A DNA stretch of 64,000 bases from Planctomycetales bacterium (GTDB lineage Bacteria > 4484-113): contig JBBIRS010000001.1 in assembly GCA_037441675.1 (NCBI GenBank), positions 341,661 through 405,660 of the forward strand, in the 5' to 3' direction. Shown here piece by piece: positions 17,730 through 28,162 of this stretch. Each line of letters opens with the position of its first letter. Position 1 is the first letter of the stretch. The translations under genes and the position numbers were made by a program. The notes beneath the pieces are model-generated. The model was given only the letters and a program-made list of their open reading frames with translations, was not told where the DNA came from and did not search any database.

Positions 17730-20700
17730 ATGTCTGAGGAGGTTAAAGAATTTCCGGGAAATGGAAAAAGAAGGCTGACCTTTACCGAGGAGGAGAACCT
17801 TCGCCAGTATTTGGAGAAGGAGAGAATCGGAGTCTTTATCTGCCACTGTGGGACAAACATCGCGGGAACGATTGATATTGACGAAGTGGTGAATTACGCA
17901 AAGAGCCTACCGGGAGTCGCCTTTGCCGGCGACCACAAGTATATGTGTTCTGATCCAGGACAGAACCTCATCAAGGAGAAGATCAAAGAGCTTGGGCTTA
18001 CCCGCGTAGTTGTATCTTCCTGCTCACCGTTAATGCACGAGTTAACTTTCAGGCATGCAGTTGCGGATGCGGGGCTGAACGAGTTTCTCTTTCAGATGGC
18101 GAATATCCGCGAGCAGGTCAGCTGGGTGACCATTGACAAAAGAGCCGCGACAGAGAAGGCGAAAAGGCTTATTCGCGCTGCGGTTACTCGGGTTGTTTTT
18201 CACAAACCCCTTGAAGTTCGCAAAGTTCCCGTTAACCCAAACACGCTTGTGGTAGGCGGTGGAATTGCGGGAATTGAATCTGCCCTCAAGCTCTCTGAAG
18301 GTGGTCACAAAGTTTACCTCGTGGAGAAGGAGCCAAGCATTGGCGGGCATATGGCGAAGTTTGATAAGACCTTCCCGACGCTTGATTGCGCCGCCTGCAT
18401 TCTCACTCCGAAGATGGTCTCTGTCGGCAGAAGCGAGAACATTGAGCTTCTGACCTACTCCGAGGTGGAGGAAGTTTCCGGTTACGTTGGCAACTTCAAA
18501 GTGAAGGTGCGGAAGAAGGCGAGGTACGTAAATCTGGAAACCTGTACAGCCTGTCAGGATTGCGTTGCGGTATGTCCAGTTAGAGTGCCTGATGAATTTA
18601 ATCAGGGAATGAGTGAGCGCACCGCCATTTACCGGCAGTTTGCGCAGGCAACTCCAAACAAGTTCCTAATAGACAAGAGAGGTCCTGCTCCTTGCAAGGT
18701 TGCCTGCCCAATAGAGCAGGACGTGCCGGGATATCTGGCAATGATAGCTGAGGGTAAGTACAAAGAGGCGGTAGAGATAATCCGCAGAGCCAATCCACTT
18801 CCCGTCGTTTGCGCCTATGTCTGCTATCACCCCTGCGAGGAATGGTGCGAGAGAAAAAACGTGGATGAACCGCTTTCAATTCGCGAGTTAAAGCGCTTTG
18901 CGATGGATTGGGCAGTGAAGAACCACATAGAAATGGTCCCACCCCCTCCTCTTGAGCGAAGGGATGAGAAAGTTGCGATAGTGGGAGCAGGCGCGGCAGG
19001 GCTTGCTTCCGCCTATGTTCTTGCCCAAAAGGGATACCAAGTTGAAGTGTACGAGGCTTCTTCCGTTATCGGAGGGATGATGGCTTTAGGGCTTCCTCCA
19101 TACCGTATGCCAAGACAAATGCTAAAGCACGACATCAATTACATTGAGAAGATGGGAGTAAAGTTCAATGTTAATCAAACTCTAGACAAAGACTTCACAA
19201 TCGAAGACCTTAAGAACAGAGATTTTCAAGCGATCATTCTTGCAGTAGGAACTCATCGTGGCGCGCGATTGGGAGCTCCGGGTGAAGACTTACCGCAGGT
19301 AGAGCAGGGCCTGGACTTTCTCAAGAGAGTGAATCTTGGTGAACAGGTGAGGGTAGGCAAGAAGGTTTGCGTCATTGGTGGTGGGAACACTGCCATTGAT
19401 GTGGCGAGGACAGCTTTAAGGCTTGGAGCGGAGGAGGTTACTATCGTTTACAGAAGAAGCAAAGCGGAGATGCCTGCCAGCGGGGAGGAGTTTAGCGCGG
19501 CGGAAGAGGAGGGAGTGAAATTTGAGTATTTGACCTTGCCAATTGAATTTCTTGCCGATGAAAATGGAAGCTTGCGGGGAATGACTTGTGTGCGGATGGA
19601 GCTTGGTGAACCTGATGAGAGTGGTAGAAGAAGACCCATCCCTGTTAAAGGCTCCGAGTTCTTTATGGATGCGGACAACGTTTACCTCGCCATCGGCCTT
19701 GTTCCTGCCACCGATTACTTTGCGGGAAGCGAGGACATGAAGTTGGATAAATGGAACGCTCCAATCGTCCAAACTGGGAGTTGGGAGACAAGCATACCGG
19801 GTGTATTCGCAGCTGGAGACTTGGTCACTGGTCCTAGCACCATTGTTAAGGCAATGCGCTGGGGCAAGCAGGTGGCAAATGCTGTGGATAAATTCATCAA
19901 GGGGCTAGATTACAGCTCAGAGGTAACGGACTTACCAGACCCATCTGTGCTCAGGCGGAATGACTTTATAAATCCCAAGTGGAGAGCGGATTACAGTAAT
20001 GTGCCGCATTTTAGAAGAAGCGAGATGCCAATGCTGGCGATTACCGAACGGATAAGAAGTTGGGAATGCGTGGAGCTTGGCTTTTCTGAAGAAGTTGCGC
20101 GGGAGGAGGCGCGCAGGTGTCTACAATGCGGAGTTTGCGTGGAATGCTGGGAGTGCGTCAAAGCCTGCCAGCCTAAGGCGATTGACCATTTTGACAAGGA
20201 TGAAGTCTTAGAGCTTGAAGTTGGTAATATCATCCTCGCCACAGGCTTCAAAACCTTTGACGCGGGTAGAGCGAAGCAGTTCGGCTACGGACGCTATGAT
20301 AACGTCCTCACCAGCCTTGACTTTGAGCGTCTCTCCCACTCAGGCGGACCAACTGGAGGCAGGATGGTCAAGTCCGATGGAACTCTCCCCAAAGCCATTG
20401 CCATCCTCCACTGCATTGGCTCCCGCGACCAGCACTACAACGAGTACTGCTCCCGCGTCTGCTGTATGTACTCCTTAAAGATGGCTCACCTCATCAAGGA
20501 GAAAATCCCTGATTGTGAGGTTTACGAGCTTTACATTGATATGCGATGCTTCGGAAAGGGCTATGAAGAGTTCTACAACAGACTTCTTCACGAGAGAGTT
20601 CACTTCATTCGCGGAAAAGGCGCAGAGGTCAACGATTATCCGAGCCTTGACCCGACGCTTCGATTTGAGGGCAACGGCAAGAAGAGCGGAAAGCTCTTCG

Positions 20701-21287
20701 TCCGAGTTGAAGATACGCTTCTTGGCATACCTCGTGAAATCCCCGTGGATATGGTCATTCTCTCCGTTGGGCTTGAATCCTCCGCAGACGCTGGCAAGCT
20801 TCAGCAAATATTCAAGCTATCCCGTAGCAAGGATGGTTTCTTCCTTGAAAAGCATCCCAAGCTTGCCCCAGTAAATACCGCAAGCGATGGCATTTTCATT
20901 GCGGGATGCGCGCAGGGACCGAAGGACATACCAGATAGCGTGGCGCAGGGTGCAGCAGCTTCCGCCTCTGTAATGGCGCTTATTAACACAGGCGAAGTCG
21001 TCCTTGAGCCGACGACTTCCCACATTGATGAGGAAATATGCACAGGTTGCAAGACCTGCATCACCGTTTGTCCCTATGACGCCATTTTCTTTGAAGAGGT
21101 GAAGAAGATTTCCGTAGTGAATGAGGCTCTTTGCAAGGGATGCGGAACCTGCGTATCCGCCTGTCCAAGTGGCGCTGCTCGCCAGTGGGGCTTTGATGAT
21201 ATTCAAATAGAATCCGAGCTTTCCGCAATTCTCAAGGAGTATAAGCGGGAACCTGAAGTCACCGCTAGCGGGGGTCAACGGATTTGA
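17730..21287 (+). CDS. hdrA: Heterodisulfide reductase subunit A with inserted GltD-like NAD(P)H module (HdrL-like)
   Basis: CHCGTNIAG, KTFPTLDC, YCSRVCC HdrA motifs flank APCKVACP...VIGGGNTAIDVAR...YRRS (GltD-like); C-terminal ferredoxins. Confidence 0.9.
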   Translation: MSEEVKEFPGNGKRRLTFTEEENLRQYLEKERIGVFICHCGTNIAGTIDIDEVVNYAKSLPGVAFAGDHKYMCSDPGQNLIKEKIKELGLTRVVVSSCSPLMHELTFRHAVADAGLNEFLFQMANIREQVSWVTIDKRAATEKAKRLIRAAVTRVVFHKPLEVRKVPVNPNTLVVGGGIAGIESALKLSEGGHKVYLVEKEPSIGGHMAKFDKTFPTLDCAACILTPKMVSVGRSENIELLTYSEVEEVSGYVGNFKVKVRKKARYVNLETCTACQDCVAVCPVRVPDEFNQGMSERTAIYRQFAQATPNKFLIDKRGPAPCKVACPIEQDVPGYLAMIAEGKYKEAVEIIRRANPLPVVCAYVCYHPCEEWCERKNVDEPLSIRELKRFAMDWAVKNHIEMVPPPPLERRDEKVAIVGAGAAGLASAYVLAQKGYQVEVYEASSVIGGMMALGLPPYRMPRQMLKHDINYIEKMGVKFNVNQTLDKDFTIEDLKNRDFQAIILAVGTHRGARLGAPGEDLPQVEQGLDFLKRVNLGEQVRVGKKVCVIGGGNTAIDVARTALRLGAEEVTIVYRRSKAEMPASGEEFSAAEEEGVKFEYLTLPIEFLADENGSLRGMTCVRMELGEPDESGRRRPIPVKGSEFFMDADNVYLAIGLVPATDYFAGSEDMKLDKWNAPIVQTGSWETSIPGVFAAGDLVTGPSTIVKAMRWGKQVANAVDKFIKGLDYSSEVTDLPDPSVLRRNDFINPKWRADYSNVPHFRRSEMPMLAITERIRSWECVELGFSEEVAREEARRCLQCGVCVECWECVKACQPKAIDHFDKDEVLELEVGNIILATGFKTFDAGRAKQFGYGRYDNVLTSLDFERLSHSGGPTGGRMVKSDGTLPKAIAILHCIGSRDQHYNEYCSRVCCMYSLKMAHLIKEKIPDCEVYELYIDMRCFGKGYEEFYNRLLHERVHFIRGKGAEVNDYPSLDPTLRFEGNGKKSGKLFVRVEDTLLGIPREIPVDMVILSVGLESSADAGKLQQIFKLSRSKDGFFLEKHPKLAPVNTASDGIFIAGCAQGPKDIPDSVAQGAAASASVMALINTGEVVLEPTTSHIDEEICTGCKTCITVCPYDAIFFEEVKKISVVNEALCKGCGTCVSACPSGAARQWGFDDIQIESELSAILKEYKREPEVTASGGQRI

Positions 21288-21342
21288 GATTTGATGATGC
21301 CCCGAATGATGCCCTCGGAATGATAATGGAAGGAGATGAAAA

Positions 21343-21822
21343 ATGGCTGAAGTAACAACGATTGATGCGACAACCAAGAAACCGATTGAAGTTTCAGGCA
21401 ACGGCTTTGAGCCAAAGATTATCGGTTTTCTCTGTTGGTGGTGCGCCTATACGGGAGCAGACCTTGCTGGCACAGCTAGAATGAAATATCCGCCGAACGT
21501 TTCGGTGATCCGTGTGATGTGCAGTGGTCGCGTTGACCCAAGCTTCATCGTGAAGGCGCTTCGGGAAGGTGCGGACGGCGTTTTGGTTGCGGGCTGTCAT
21601 CCCGGCGACTGCCACTATATCAACGGCAATATGAAAACTGCGGGCAGAATGCCGCTTCTTAAGCGAATGCTTGCCCAATTTGGCGTGGAGGACGAGCGCG
21701 TCCGACTTGAATGGATTAGCGCTTCAGAGGGAGACAAATTTGCTGAAGTTGTTAATGATATGACTGAAAAGATACGGAAGTTGGGTCCCCTGAACTTAAG
21801 TAAGAACCTTGAAGCCAAATAG
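21343..21822 (+). CDS. mvhD: Hydrogenase iron-sulfur subunit MvhD
   Basis: FLCWWCAY.GADLAG, RVMCSGRVD, GCHPGDCHY, WISASEG. Confidence 0.93.
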   Translation: MAEVTTIDATTKKPIEVSGNGFEPKIIGFLCWWCAYTGADLAGTARMKYPPNVSVIRVMCSGRVDPSFIVKALREGADGVLVAGCHPGDCHYINGNMKTAGRMPLLKRMLAQFGVEDERVRLEWISASEGDKFAEVVNDMTEKIRKLGPLNLSKNLEAK

Positions 21823-21849
21823 AAAACCAACTTGTCATTGGAAATAGGA

Positions 21850-22854
21850 GCTGATCTTATGGAACAAGTTAAAGAAAAACTGAAGTTAGCCTTCTACTGG
21901 GCGGCATCTTGTGGCGGATGCGAAATTTCAGTTCTTGAAATTGGCGAGAAGATTCTGGACGTGGTAGCGATTGCGGACGTTGTATTCTGGCCTTGCGTCG
22001 CTGACTTTAAGTATAAAGACGTGGAAATTTACCCTGACAAGTATATTGACGTTTGCTTTTTTAATGGCGCAATTCGCAACTCCGAAGCGGAGGAAATTGC
22101 GCACCTTCTAAGGAGAAAGTCCAAGGTTCTCGTTGCCTACGGTTCATGCTCTTATCTGGGTGGAATTCCAGCCCTCGCCAATCTTTATTCAAAGGATGAA
22201 ATTTTCCACCGAGCATACATTGAAAGTCAAAGCACGGATAATCCAAAGCGCGTCTTGCCTCAACCCCACACAAAGGTGAACGGATACGACTTGGATCTTC
22301 CAGTTTTTTGGGAAACGGTAAGGAAGCTATCGGACGTGATTTCTGTGGACTATTTCGTTCCCGGATGTCCACCAACGGAGAAGATGACCTGGGCGGGAAT
22401 TGAGGCGATTGCCACTGGCGAGCTACCACCGCCGGGTAGCGTTATCGGTGCTGGGACAAAAGCTGTTTGCGACGAGTGCCCGTACGAGAAGAGGGAAACA
22501 AGGATAAAAGAGTTCAAGCGTCCGCATATTTTCCAGCCTACGGATAACAAGCAATGTCTCCTAGAGCAGGGGCTAATCTGTATGGGACCCGCAACTAGAA
22601 GCGGTTGCGAAGCGCGATGTCTTCAGTGCGGAATGCCTTGCAGGGGATGTTACGGTCCCACACCCGAAATTTATGATCAGGGCGCAAAGATGCTTTCAGC
22701 GCTCGGAAGCCTCATTGATAGCGACGACGAGGAGGAAATCAATAGAATAATCGCGCAAGTTGAAGACCCCGCTGGGACTTTCTACCGATTCAGTCTGTCG
22801 CATTCATACATAGTTCGCAAGAATCTTCAGCATACCAAGAAGGAGGAATCCTAA
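21850..22854 (+). CDS. mvhG: [NiFe] hydrogenase small subunit MvhG
   Basis: ASCGGC, YGSC, PGCPP, VCDEC, CLLEQG.ICMGP, CRGCYGP; ATG at 21850 follows GGAG. Confidence 0.9.
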   Translation, partial: ADLMEQVKEKLKLAFYWAASCGGCEISVLEIGEKILDVVAIADVVFWPCVADFKYKDVEIYPDKYIDVCFFNGAIRNSEAEEIAHLLRRKSKVLVAYGSCSYLGGIPALANLYSKDEIFHRAYIESQSTDNPKRVLPQPHTKVNGYDLDLPVFWETVRKLSDVISVDYFVPGCPPTEKMTWAGIEAIATGELPPPGSVIGAGTKAVCDECPYEKRETRIKEFKRPHIFQPTDNKQCLLEQGLICMGPATRSGCEARCLQCGMPCRGCYGPTPEIYDQGAKMLSALGSLIDSDDEEEINRIIAQVEDPAGTFYRFSLSHSYIVRKNLQHTKKEES

Positions 22855-24330
22855 ATGGGCGAAAGAATAACCATCAATCCCGTAACAAGGCTTGAGGGTC
22901 ACGGAAAGATTGAGATATTCCTTGACGACAAGGGAGCGGTGGAAAATTGCTTCTTTCAGGTGCCGGAGCTGAGGGGATTTGAAAAATTTGCGGAGGGGCG
23001 TCCCGTTGAGGAGATGCCTCGCATAACGTCAAGAATCTGCGGAGTTTGCCCGGAGGCGCATCTTGCCGCATCCGCGAAGGCTTGCGATGCGGTTTACGGC
23101 GTTGAGCTCACGTCCACCGCTAAAAAGCTCAGGGAACTTCAGTACTCCGCCTTTTATCTCGGGGATCATACGACGCACTTCTACGCTCTCGGCGGTCCTG
23201 ACTTTGTGATGGGTCCTGACGCTGATCCATCGGTCAGAAACATCATCGGCGTCATTCAAAAGGTTGGAGTTGAGATTGGCAGGGAAGTTATCAGAACACG
23301 CATAGAATGCCACGAGGTGGCGAAGATTCTTGGCGGAAAGCCCGTCATTCCCGTGAATATGATACCCGGCGGAATGAGCAAAGGCTTAACGAACAAAGAA
23401 GAGCATGCGCGTGTTCTTGAGATTGCCAAGCGAGGCGTGGAGTTTGCCAAGTTCACCCTCAAGGTATTTGACGATATCGTCCTTTCGAACAAAGCTTACG
23501 TTGACCTCATTCTCTCGGAGCCGTATCAGCTCAAGGTTCACAATATGGGGCTTGTTGATGAAAACAATTATGTTAATTTCTACGACGGAAAGGTCAGGAT
23601 TACCGATACAACGGGCAAGGAGATTGGCAAGTATGCGCCATCGGAGTATCTCGATTACGTAGCGGAACACGTGGAGCCCTGGACATACCTCAAGTTTCCT
23701 TTCCTGAAGAAGATTGGGTGGAAAGGCTTTATTGAAGGGCAGGATTCAGGCGTGTATCGCGCGACGCCTCTATCACGATTAAACGCCGCGGATGGAATGG
23801 CTACCCCCCTTGCGCAGGAGCAGTATCTTAGGATGTATGACACCATTGGGGGAAAGCCGGTGAATGCCACCTTGGCAACTCATTGGGCGAGAGTTATTGA
23901 GCTTGTTTATGCCGCTGAGAGGTTCCTGGAACTTGCGCAGGATGAAGAAATTACCGGCGCAAATTACAGAACCATTCCCACAAAGACGCCATCCGAGGGC
24001 GTCGGTATTGTTGAAGCGCCAAGGGGAACTCTCACCCATCATTACATTACCGATGAAAAGGGAATAATCAAGAAGGCGAATTTAATCGTCGGCACCACGA
24101 ACAACCATGCTGCCATTTGTATGTCAATAAAGAAGGCGGCGAGAGAAGTTATAAAGCCCGGCGTCAAGCCGACGGAGGCGATACTCAACCTCGTGGAAAT
24201 GGCGTTTCGAGCTTACGACCCCTGTTACGCCTGCGCTACCCATAGCCTTCCTGGGCAGATGCCTCTTGAGGTCCGGATTTACGATAAAAACCGCAACCTC
24301 CTTGACCGCTTCAGCAGAATCCCCCTGTAG
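22855..24330 (+). CDS. mvhA: [NiFe] hydrogenase large subunit MvhA (group 3c by context)
   Basis: TRLEGHG, RICGVC, DPCYACATH followed by a cleavable C-terminal extension. Confidence 0.93.
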   Translation: MGERITINPVTRLEGHGKIEIFLDDKGAVENCFFQVPELRGFEKFAEGRPVEEMPRITSRICGVCPEAHLAASAKACDAVYGVELTSTAKKLRELQYSAFYLGDHTTHFYALGGPDFVMGPDADPSVRNIIGVIQKVGVEIGREVIRTRIECHEVAKILGGKPVIPVNMIPGGMSKGLTNKEEHARVLEIAKRGVEFAKFTLKVFDDIVLSNKAYVDLILSEPYQLKVHNMGLVDENNYVNFYDGKVRITDTTGKEIGKYAPSEYLDYVAEHVEPWTYLKFPFLKKIGWKGFIEGQDSGVYRATPLSRLNAADGMATPLAQEQYLRMYDTIGGKPVNATLATHWARVIELVYAAERFLELAQDEEITGANYRTIPTKTPSEGVGIVEAPRGTLTHHYITDEKGIIKKANLIVGTTNNHAAICMSIKKAAREVIKPGVKPTEAILNLVEMAFRAYDPCYACATHSLPGQMPLEVRIYDKNRNLLDRFSRIPL

Positions 24331-24699
24331 GGCTGGGACCTGTGCCTCGCAGTGTACCTTAGCATTCACCTTGGAACACGCCCGTCCTCGAGCGAGCCCC
24401 TCGACATCTTCCCCCTGCAAGGCGCAAGTCTTGCCCCCGCCGTGTTCACCCCCGCCAAAACTCTCAGCGCATGAACGCCCTCAACACGCGGACAAGCTTT
24501 TTGCGCCTTTCAAAGTATTTCTTCAGAAGCGAGGGGACACTACTCCTCAAGCTAAACAGCCCGAATAAAAGCCTTTCATAAATGCCCTTTCCCTCTTCCC
24601 AAGCGCCTTTCGATCTTATTACTGACCACCGTAATGAACACAAAACTGATTCCCTTAAATTTTAGAATCTCAAGATTGATATAATCGGGACTTACACGG

Positions 24700-25101
24700 A
24701 TGTTTGGAATTGGGCAAGGCGAGCTTATTTTCATTATTCTTGTAGCCATAATCCTGCTTGGCCCCAAAAAGCTACCAGAGGCGACTAGAATGATTGCCCG
24801 TTTTTATCACCTTTTTCTGCGCTGGAAAGAGGAAATTCAAGCTCAGCTTACAGATATCAGGATGGAAATGGAACGACAAGTGATGGAGGTAGAGTCAGGG
24901 ATTGGTGGGAAAATGTTTGGTTCAGAAAAAGCGCCAAAGACAGATAGAGAATCCCTTGATGACTACCTCTCTTTACTTGAAGGAGAAAGCGGGGAAGGCA
25001 AATCACCGTACACCTACCAAGATTTTCTTTCCAATTCTGAAAACGTGGCAACAAACGAGCCGAACAAAGAGAATGGTTCCAACATAGACACAAGTGGCTA
25101 A
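24700..25101 (+). CDS. tatB: Twin-arginine translocase TatA/TatB subunit
   Basis: MFGIGQGELIFIILVAIILLGPKKLPE; precedes tatC. Confidence 0.8.
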   Translation: MFGIGQGELIFIILVAIILLGPKKLPEATRMIARFYHLFLRWKEEIQAQLTDIRMEMERQVMEVESGIGGKMFGSEKAPKTDRESLDDYLSLLEGESGEGKSPYTYQDFLSNSENVATNEPNKENGSNIDTSG

Positions 25102-25119
25102 TGGTAATTAGTAACTAAA

Positions 25120-25851
25120 ATGCCCGAACGACGAATGACTTTTCTGGAGCATGTGGGTGAATTCAGAAACAGGCTAATTCGCTCAGTTATTTATTACATT
25201 CTTGCGGTGGGAGTAACCTTTTACTTTCGCGAACCTCTATTTGAAATTCTTAGATACCCACTTCCAGAGGGGACAAAGCTATACTACTTCGGCGTGACTG
25301 AGGCGTTTTTCTTCTATATGAAACTTGCCTTAGTTTCAGGCTTAGTTCTATCTTCCCCGTTCATCTTGTATGAAATTTACGCCTTCTTCGCTCCAGCGTT
25401 AAGCCCCTCGGAGAAGAGACTAATCATTCCCGCAATTCCAATAACAGCGCTTTTATTCATCGCTGGCGTAGCGTTTACCTTCTTAGTGATTATCCCGCTA
25501 TCCGTTAAGTTTCTTCTATCCTTTGCAGGTTTAGGGCTGGAAAATATACTTCAGGTTGAAAAGTATTTCGGCTTTGTCATTGGATTTTCCATCGCCGGCG
25601 GACTCCTCTTTGAGACACCGGTTGTTCTGGCAATTCTTGCTAAGCTTGGCTGGGTGACCGCACGCGGTCTTTTGCGCAACTTCCGCTACGCGCTTATTAT
25701 CATCCTCATTATCACTGCGATTCTTACCCCAACCCCTGATGCCTTCACTATGCTTGTTCTCTCGGTTCCGTTGATTGTTCTGTACCTAGCAAGCATATTT
25801 ATCGTAGTTAGGATAAAGCCGATAAGTCAAACCGATGACCAGTTCGAATAA
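25120..25851 (+). CDS. tatC: Twin-arginine translocase TatC
   Basis: MTFLEHVGEFRNRL, FETP, AILTPTPD; multi-TM. Confidence 0.95.
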   Translation: MPERRMTFLEHVGEFRNRLIRSVIYYILAVGVTFYFREPLFEILRYPLPEGTKLYYFGVTEAFFFYMKLALVSGLVLSSPFILYEIYAFFAPALSPSEKRLIIPAIPITALLFIAGVAFTFLVIIPLSVKFLLSFAGLGLENILQVEKYFGFVIGFSIAGGLLFETPVVLAILAKLGWVTARGLLRNFRYALIIILIITAILTPTPDAFTMLVLSVPLIVLYLASIFIVVRIKPISQTDDQFE

Positions 25852-25864
25852 GTCAAACCGATGA
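25822..25864. repeat. 17-bp direct repeat ATAAGTCAAACCGATGA x2 across the tatC stop
   Basis: Copies at 25822-25838 and 25848-25864. Confidence 0.8.
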
Positions 25865-25945
25865 GTAGTCTGCGAGAATTGGAAATTTCCGCTAAATGAG
25901 ATGTGTATTCAGGTTTAGTGAAGATAAGAAAGTATCGCGCGATCA

Positions 25946-27055
25946 CTAGAACTGCCTTAGGAATCTCAGATCATTTTGGAAGAATAGGCGAATATCAGAA
26001 ACCTGATACAAAAGCAAGGCTAATCTTTCAACGCCTATACCAAAAGCCCAGCCGGAGTATACATCGGGGTCAATTCCAACGTTTCTAAGCACCTGTGGAT
26101 GAACCATACCGCAACCTAGGACTTCAATCCATCCGCTCATTTTGCACACCTTGCAGCCAAGCCCATCACAGAATGGGCATGACGCTGCGAGCTCCGCACC
26201 AGGCTCCACAAAGGGGAAGTAATCCGGTCGCAGTCTAGTCCGAGTTCTTTCGCCGAAGAACCGTCTCGCGAACTCATTCAGTATCCAGCGCATATTTGCC
26301 ATGCTGATGCCTTTGCCAACCTGAAGCCCTTCCACTTGGTGGAAAATAGGAGTGTGCGTTGCGTCAGGTCTATCCCTTCTAAATGCTCTTCCCGGCGATA
26401 TCATCTGAACTATAACTTCGCCTCTCTCCTTGATTCTCTCCATCACCCTTATCTGAACGGGCGAGGTGTGCGTTCTAAGCACGATACCCTCCGCCAGGTA
26501 AAAAGTATCAACGTCATCCCTCGCTGGGTGATATGGCGGTATATTTAGCAGATCAAAATTGTACTTCTCATACTCAACTTCAGGTCCTTCATACACGTCA
26601 AAGCCCAAAGAGGAAAAAATATCAACAATTCTGTATAAAGCCTGCCTGGTGGGATTAAGCCTGCCACATATAACATCAACACCAGGAAGTGTAGGGTCTA
26701 GCACTTCCTCCGCAGGTTTAACCTGAGCAAGTCTAGCTTCAAGTTCTTGAAGAATTTCTTTCAATCTAGCTTCAATCAGTTTGACCTCAAGCCCCAATGC
26801 CCGCTTATCCTCCTTACTCTTTAGCTTTCCGATGCTATCGTAAAGGAGCGGAACAATCCCTCTCTTTCTCGAGAAAGATAAGTTGCGCCAGGTCTCTACT
26901 TCCTCTGCTCGTGGAAAATCTTCATTTATCAATGAAGCAAGTTGTGAGATATTGTTGATGAAGGAATTTATGCGTTCGTCTTCCTGGACTTCCTGTGGGA
27001 TGAGAGGAATAACTCTCTCCAAGTATCCCTTTAACTCTTCAAGCTGGTGAGACAC
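25946..27055 (-). CDS. pheS: Phenylalanine--tRNA ligase alpha subunit
   Basis: HPARD, LRTHTSPVQ, FHQVEG, YFPFVEPG, GCGMVHP, GWAFGIGVER. Confidence 0.97.
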   Translation of the reverse strand: MSHQLEELKGYLERVIPLIPQEVQEDERINSFINNISQLASLINEDFPRAEEVETWRNLSFSRKRGIVPLLYDSIGKLKSKEDKRALGLEVKLIEARLKEILQELEARLAQVKPAEEVLDPTLPGVDVICGRLNPTRQALYRIVDIFSSLGFDVYEGPEVEYEKYNFDLLNIPPYHPARDDVDTFYLAEGIVLRTHTSPVQIRVMERIKERGEVIVQMISPGRAFRRDRPDATHTPIFHQVEGLQVGKGISMANMRWILNEFARRFFGERTRTRLRPDYFPFVEPGAELAASCPFCDGLGCKVCKMSGWIEVLGCGMVHPQVLRNVGIDPDVYSGWAFGIGVERLALLLYQVSDIRLFFQNDLRFLRQF

Positions 27056-27063
27056 TTTTATCC

Positions 27064-27423
27064 CTAATGATTATTAGCACCCTTGGCAAGTTCAATAAGT
27101 TTTGCAAATGCGTTCTCATCGGTAACCGCGAGGAAAGCGAGTTGTTTTCGGTCTAGCAGAATGCCAGCAGTCTTTAAGTTGTGCATAAACTCGGAGTAAT
27201 TCAGTCCATACTTATGAACAATGGCAGATATTCGGGCTATCCACAATCTTCTAAAGTCACGTTTTTTGGTGCGCCTATGAATGTAGGCGTACATACCCGC
27301 GTGCATTAAAGCTTCCTTGGCGGATTTGTAGAGTCTTCTCCTTGCGCCTCGATAACCGCGAACCGCAAGCATTATTCTCTTTCTGCGAGCGCGACTTGGC
27401 ACGCTTCTTTTTACCCGTGTCAT
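27064..27423 (-). CDS. rplT: 50S ribosomal protein L20
   Basis: MTRVKR, KKRDFRRLWIARI. Confidence 0.97.
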   Translation of the reverse strand: MTRVKRSVPSRARRKRIMLAVRGYRGARRRLYKSAKEALMHAGMYAYIHRRTKKRDFRRLWIARISAIVHKYGLNYSEFMHNLKTAGILLDRKQLAFLAVTDENAFAKLIELAKGANNH

Positions 27424-27623
27424 CTATCGCCTCCGATCAGTTTACTAACACGTTTTCTATCTACCGCGGAAATTTCCTCAAGTAAAGCTGACTTACGTTT
27501 TTCTTTGGCGGATTTGTGCGAGCGCAAATGGCGAGAGCCCACGCGTCCGCGCAATAGCTTCCCGCCTTTGGTAACCTTTACCCGCTTAGCGGTTGCCTTA
27601 TGCGTTTTCTGTTTTACTTTCAT
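27420..27623 (-). CDS. rpmI: 50S ribosomal protein L35
   Basis: KQKTHKATAKRVKVT; lies between infC and rplT. Confidence 0.95.
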   Translation of the reverse strand: MKVKQKTHKATAKRVKVTKGGKLLRGRVGSRHLRSHKSAKEKRKSALLEEISAVDRKRVSKLIGGDR

Positions 27624-28162
27624 ATTTTTTTCTTCTGAGCCTCTCTTTTTGCCTTGCCTCGAAGAGCAGAAATTATAACAAACATTTTGTTTCCCACTAA
27701 CGATTTGCTCTTCTGCTCAATCTGTCCATCCTCACTCAAAAGAGAAGATATCTTATCTAAAAGATTAATAGCCAAGCTATTCTCAAAAGTCTTTTCCCTT
27801 CCCCTAAGAACAAGATTGAACTTAACCTTGTTACCCCTTTCCAGAAACTTTTTCGCCTGCTTTATCTTTACTCCCAAGTCGTGGTCGCTAATTTTCAGAC
27901 TCACGCCAATTTCCTTCAACTCGCCACCACTCTTGCTGGAGGGTTTCTTCTTGCTCTGTTCATAGCGCAGTTTTCCAAAGTCCATAATTCTGCAGACAGG
28001 CGGGTCAGTGACTGGATTAACTTCAACGAGGTCAAGCCCTTTATCCCACGCCTTTTTTAGTGCTTCTTCTAGGGGGAAAACATCAAGGTTCTTGCCGTCC
28101 TCGTCAATTAGCCTGACTTTCGGCGCGCGTATTTGGCGGTTGATTCTCAGCCCTTTACAAAT
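27620..28162 (-). CDS. infC: Translation initiation factor IF-3 (non-canonical start, likely ATT)
   Basis: Frame extends upstream of the tracked ORF (RINRQIRAPKVRLID) to an in-frame ATT at 28162 after GGAGG; CTG at 28150 is an alternative. Confidence 0.9.
   Translation of the reverse strand: MCKGLRINRQIRAPKVRLIDEDGKNLDVFPLEEALKKAWDKGLDLVEVNPVTDPPVCRIMDFGKLRYEQSKKKPSSKSGGELKEIGVSLKISDHDLGVKIKQAKKFLERGNKVKFNLVLRGREKTFENSLAINLLDKISSLLSEDGQIEQKSKSLVGNKMFVIISALRGKAKREAQKKKI

Noticed and set aside
21290..21326. Short tandem ATGATGCCC repeats between hdrA and mvhD
   Set aside because: Two to three degenerate copies; too short to support a function.
16220..24330. Selenocysteine in Hdr/Mvh subunits
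   Set aside because: All ORFs are uninterrupted with Cys at the relevant motifs.
24331..24600. C-rich stretch after mvhA as a maturation protease gene or ncRNA
   Set aside because: No protease motif in the tracked ORFs and no convincing long helices.
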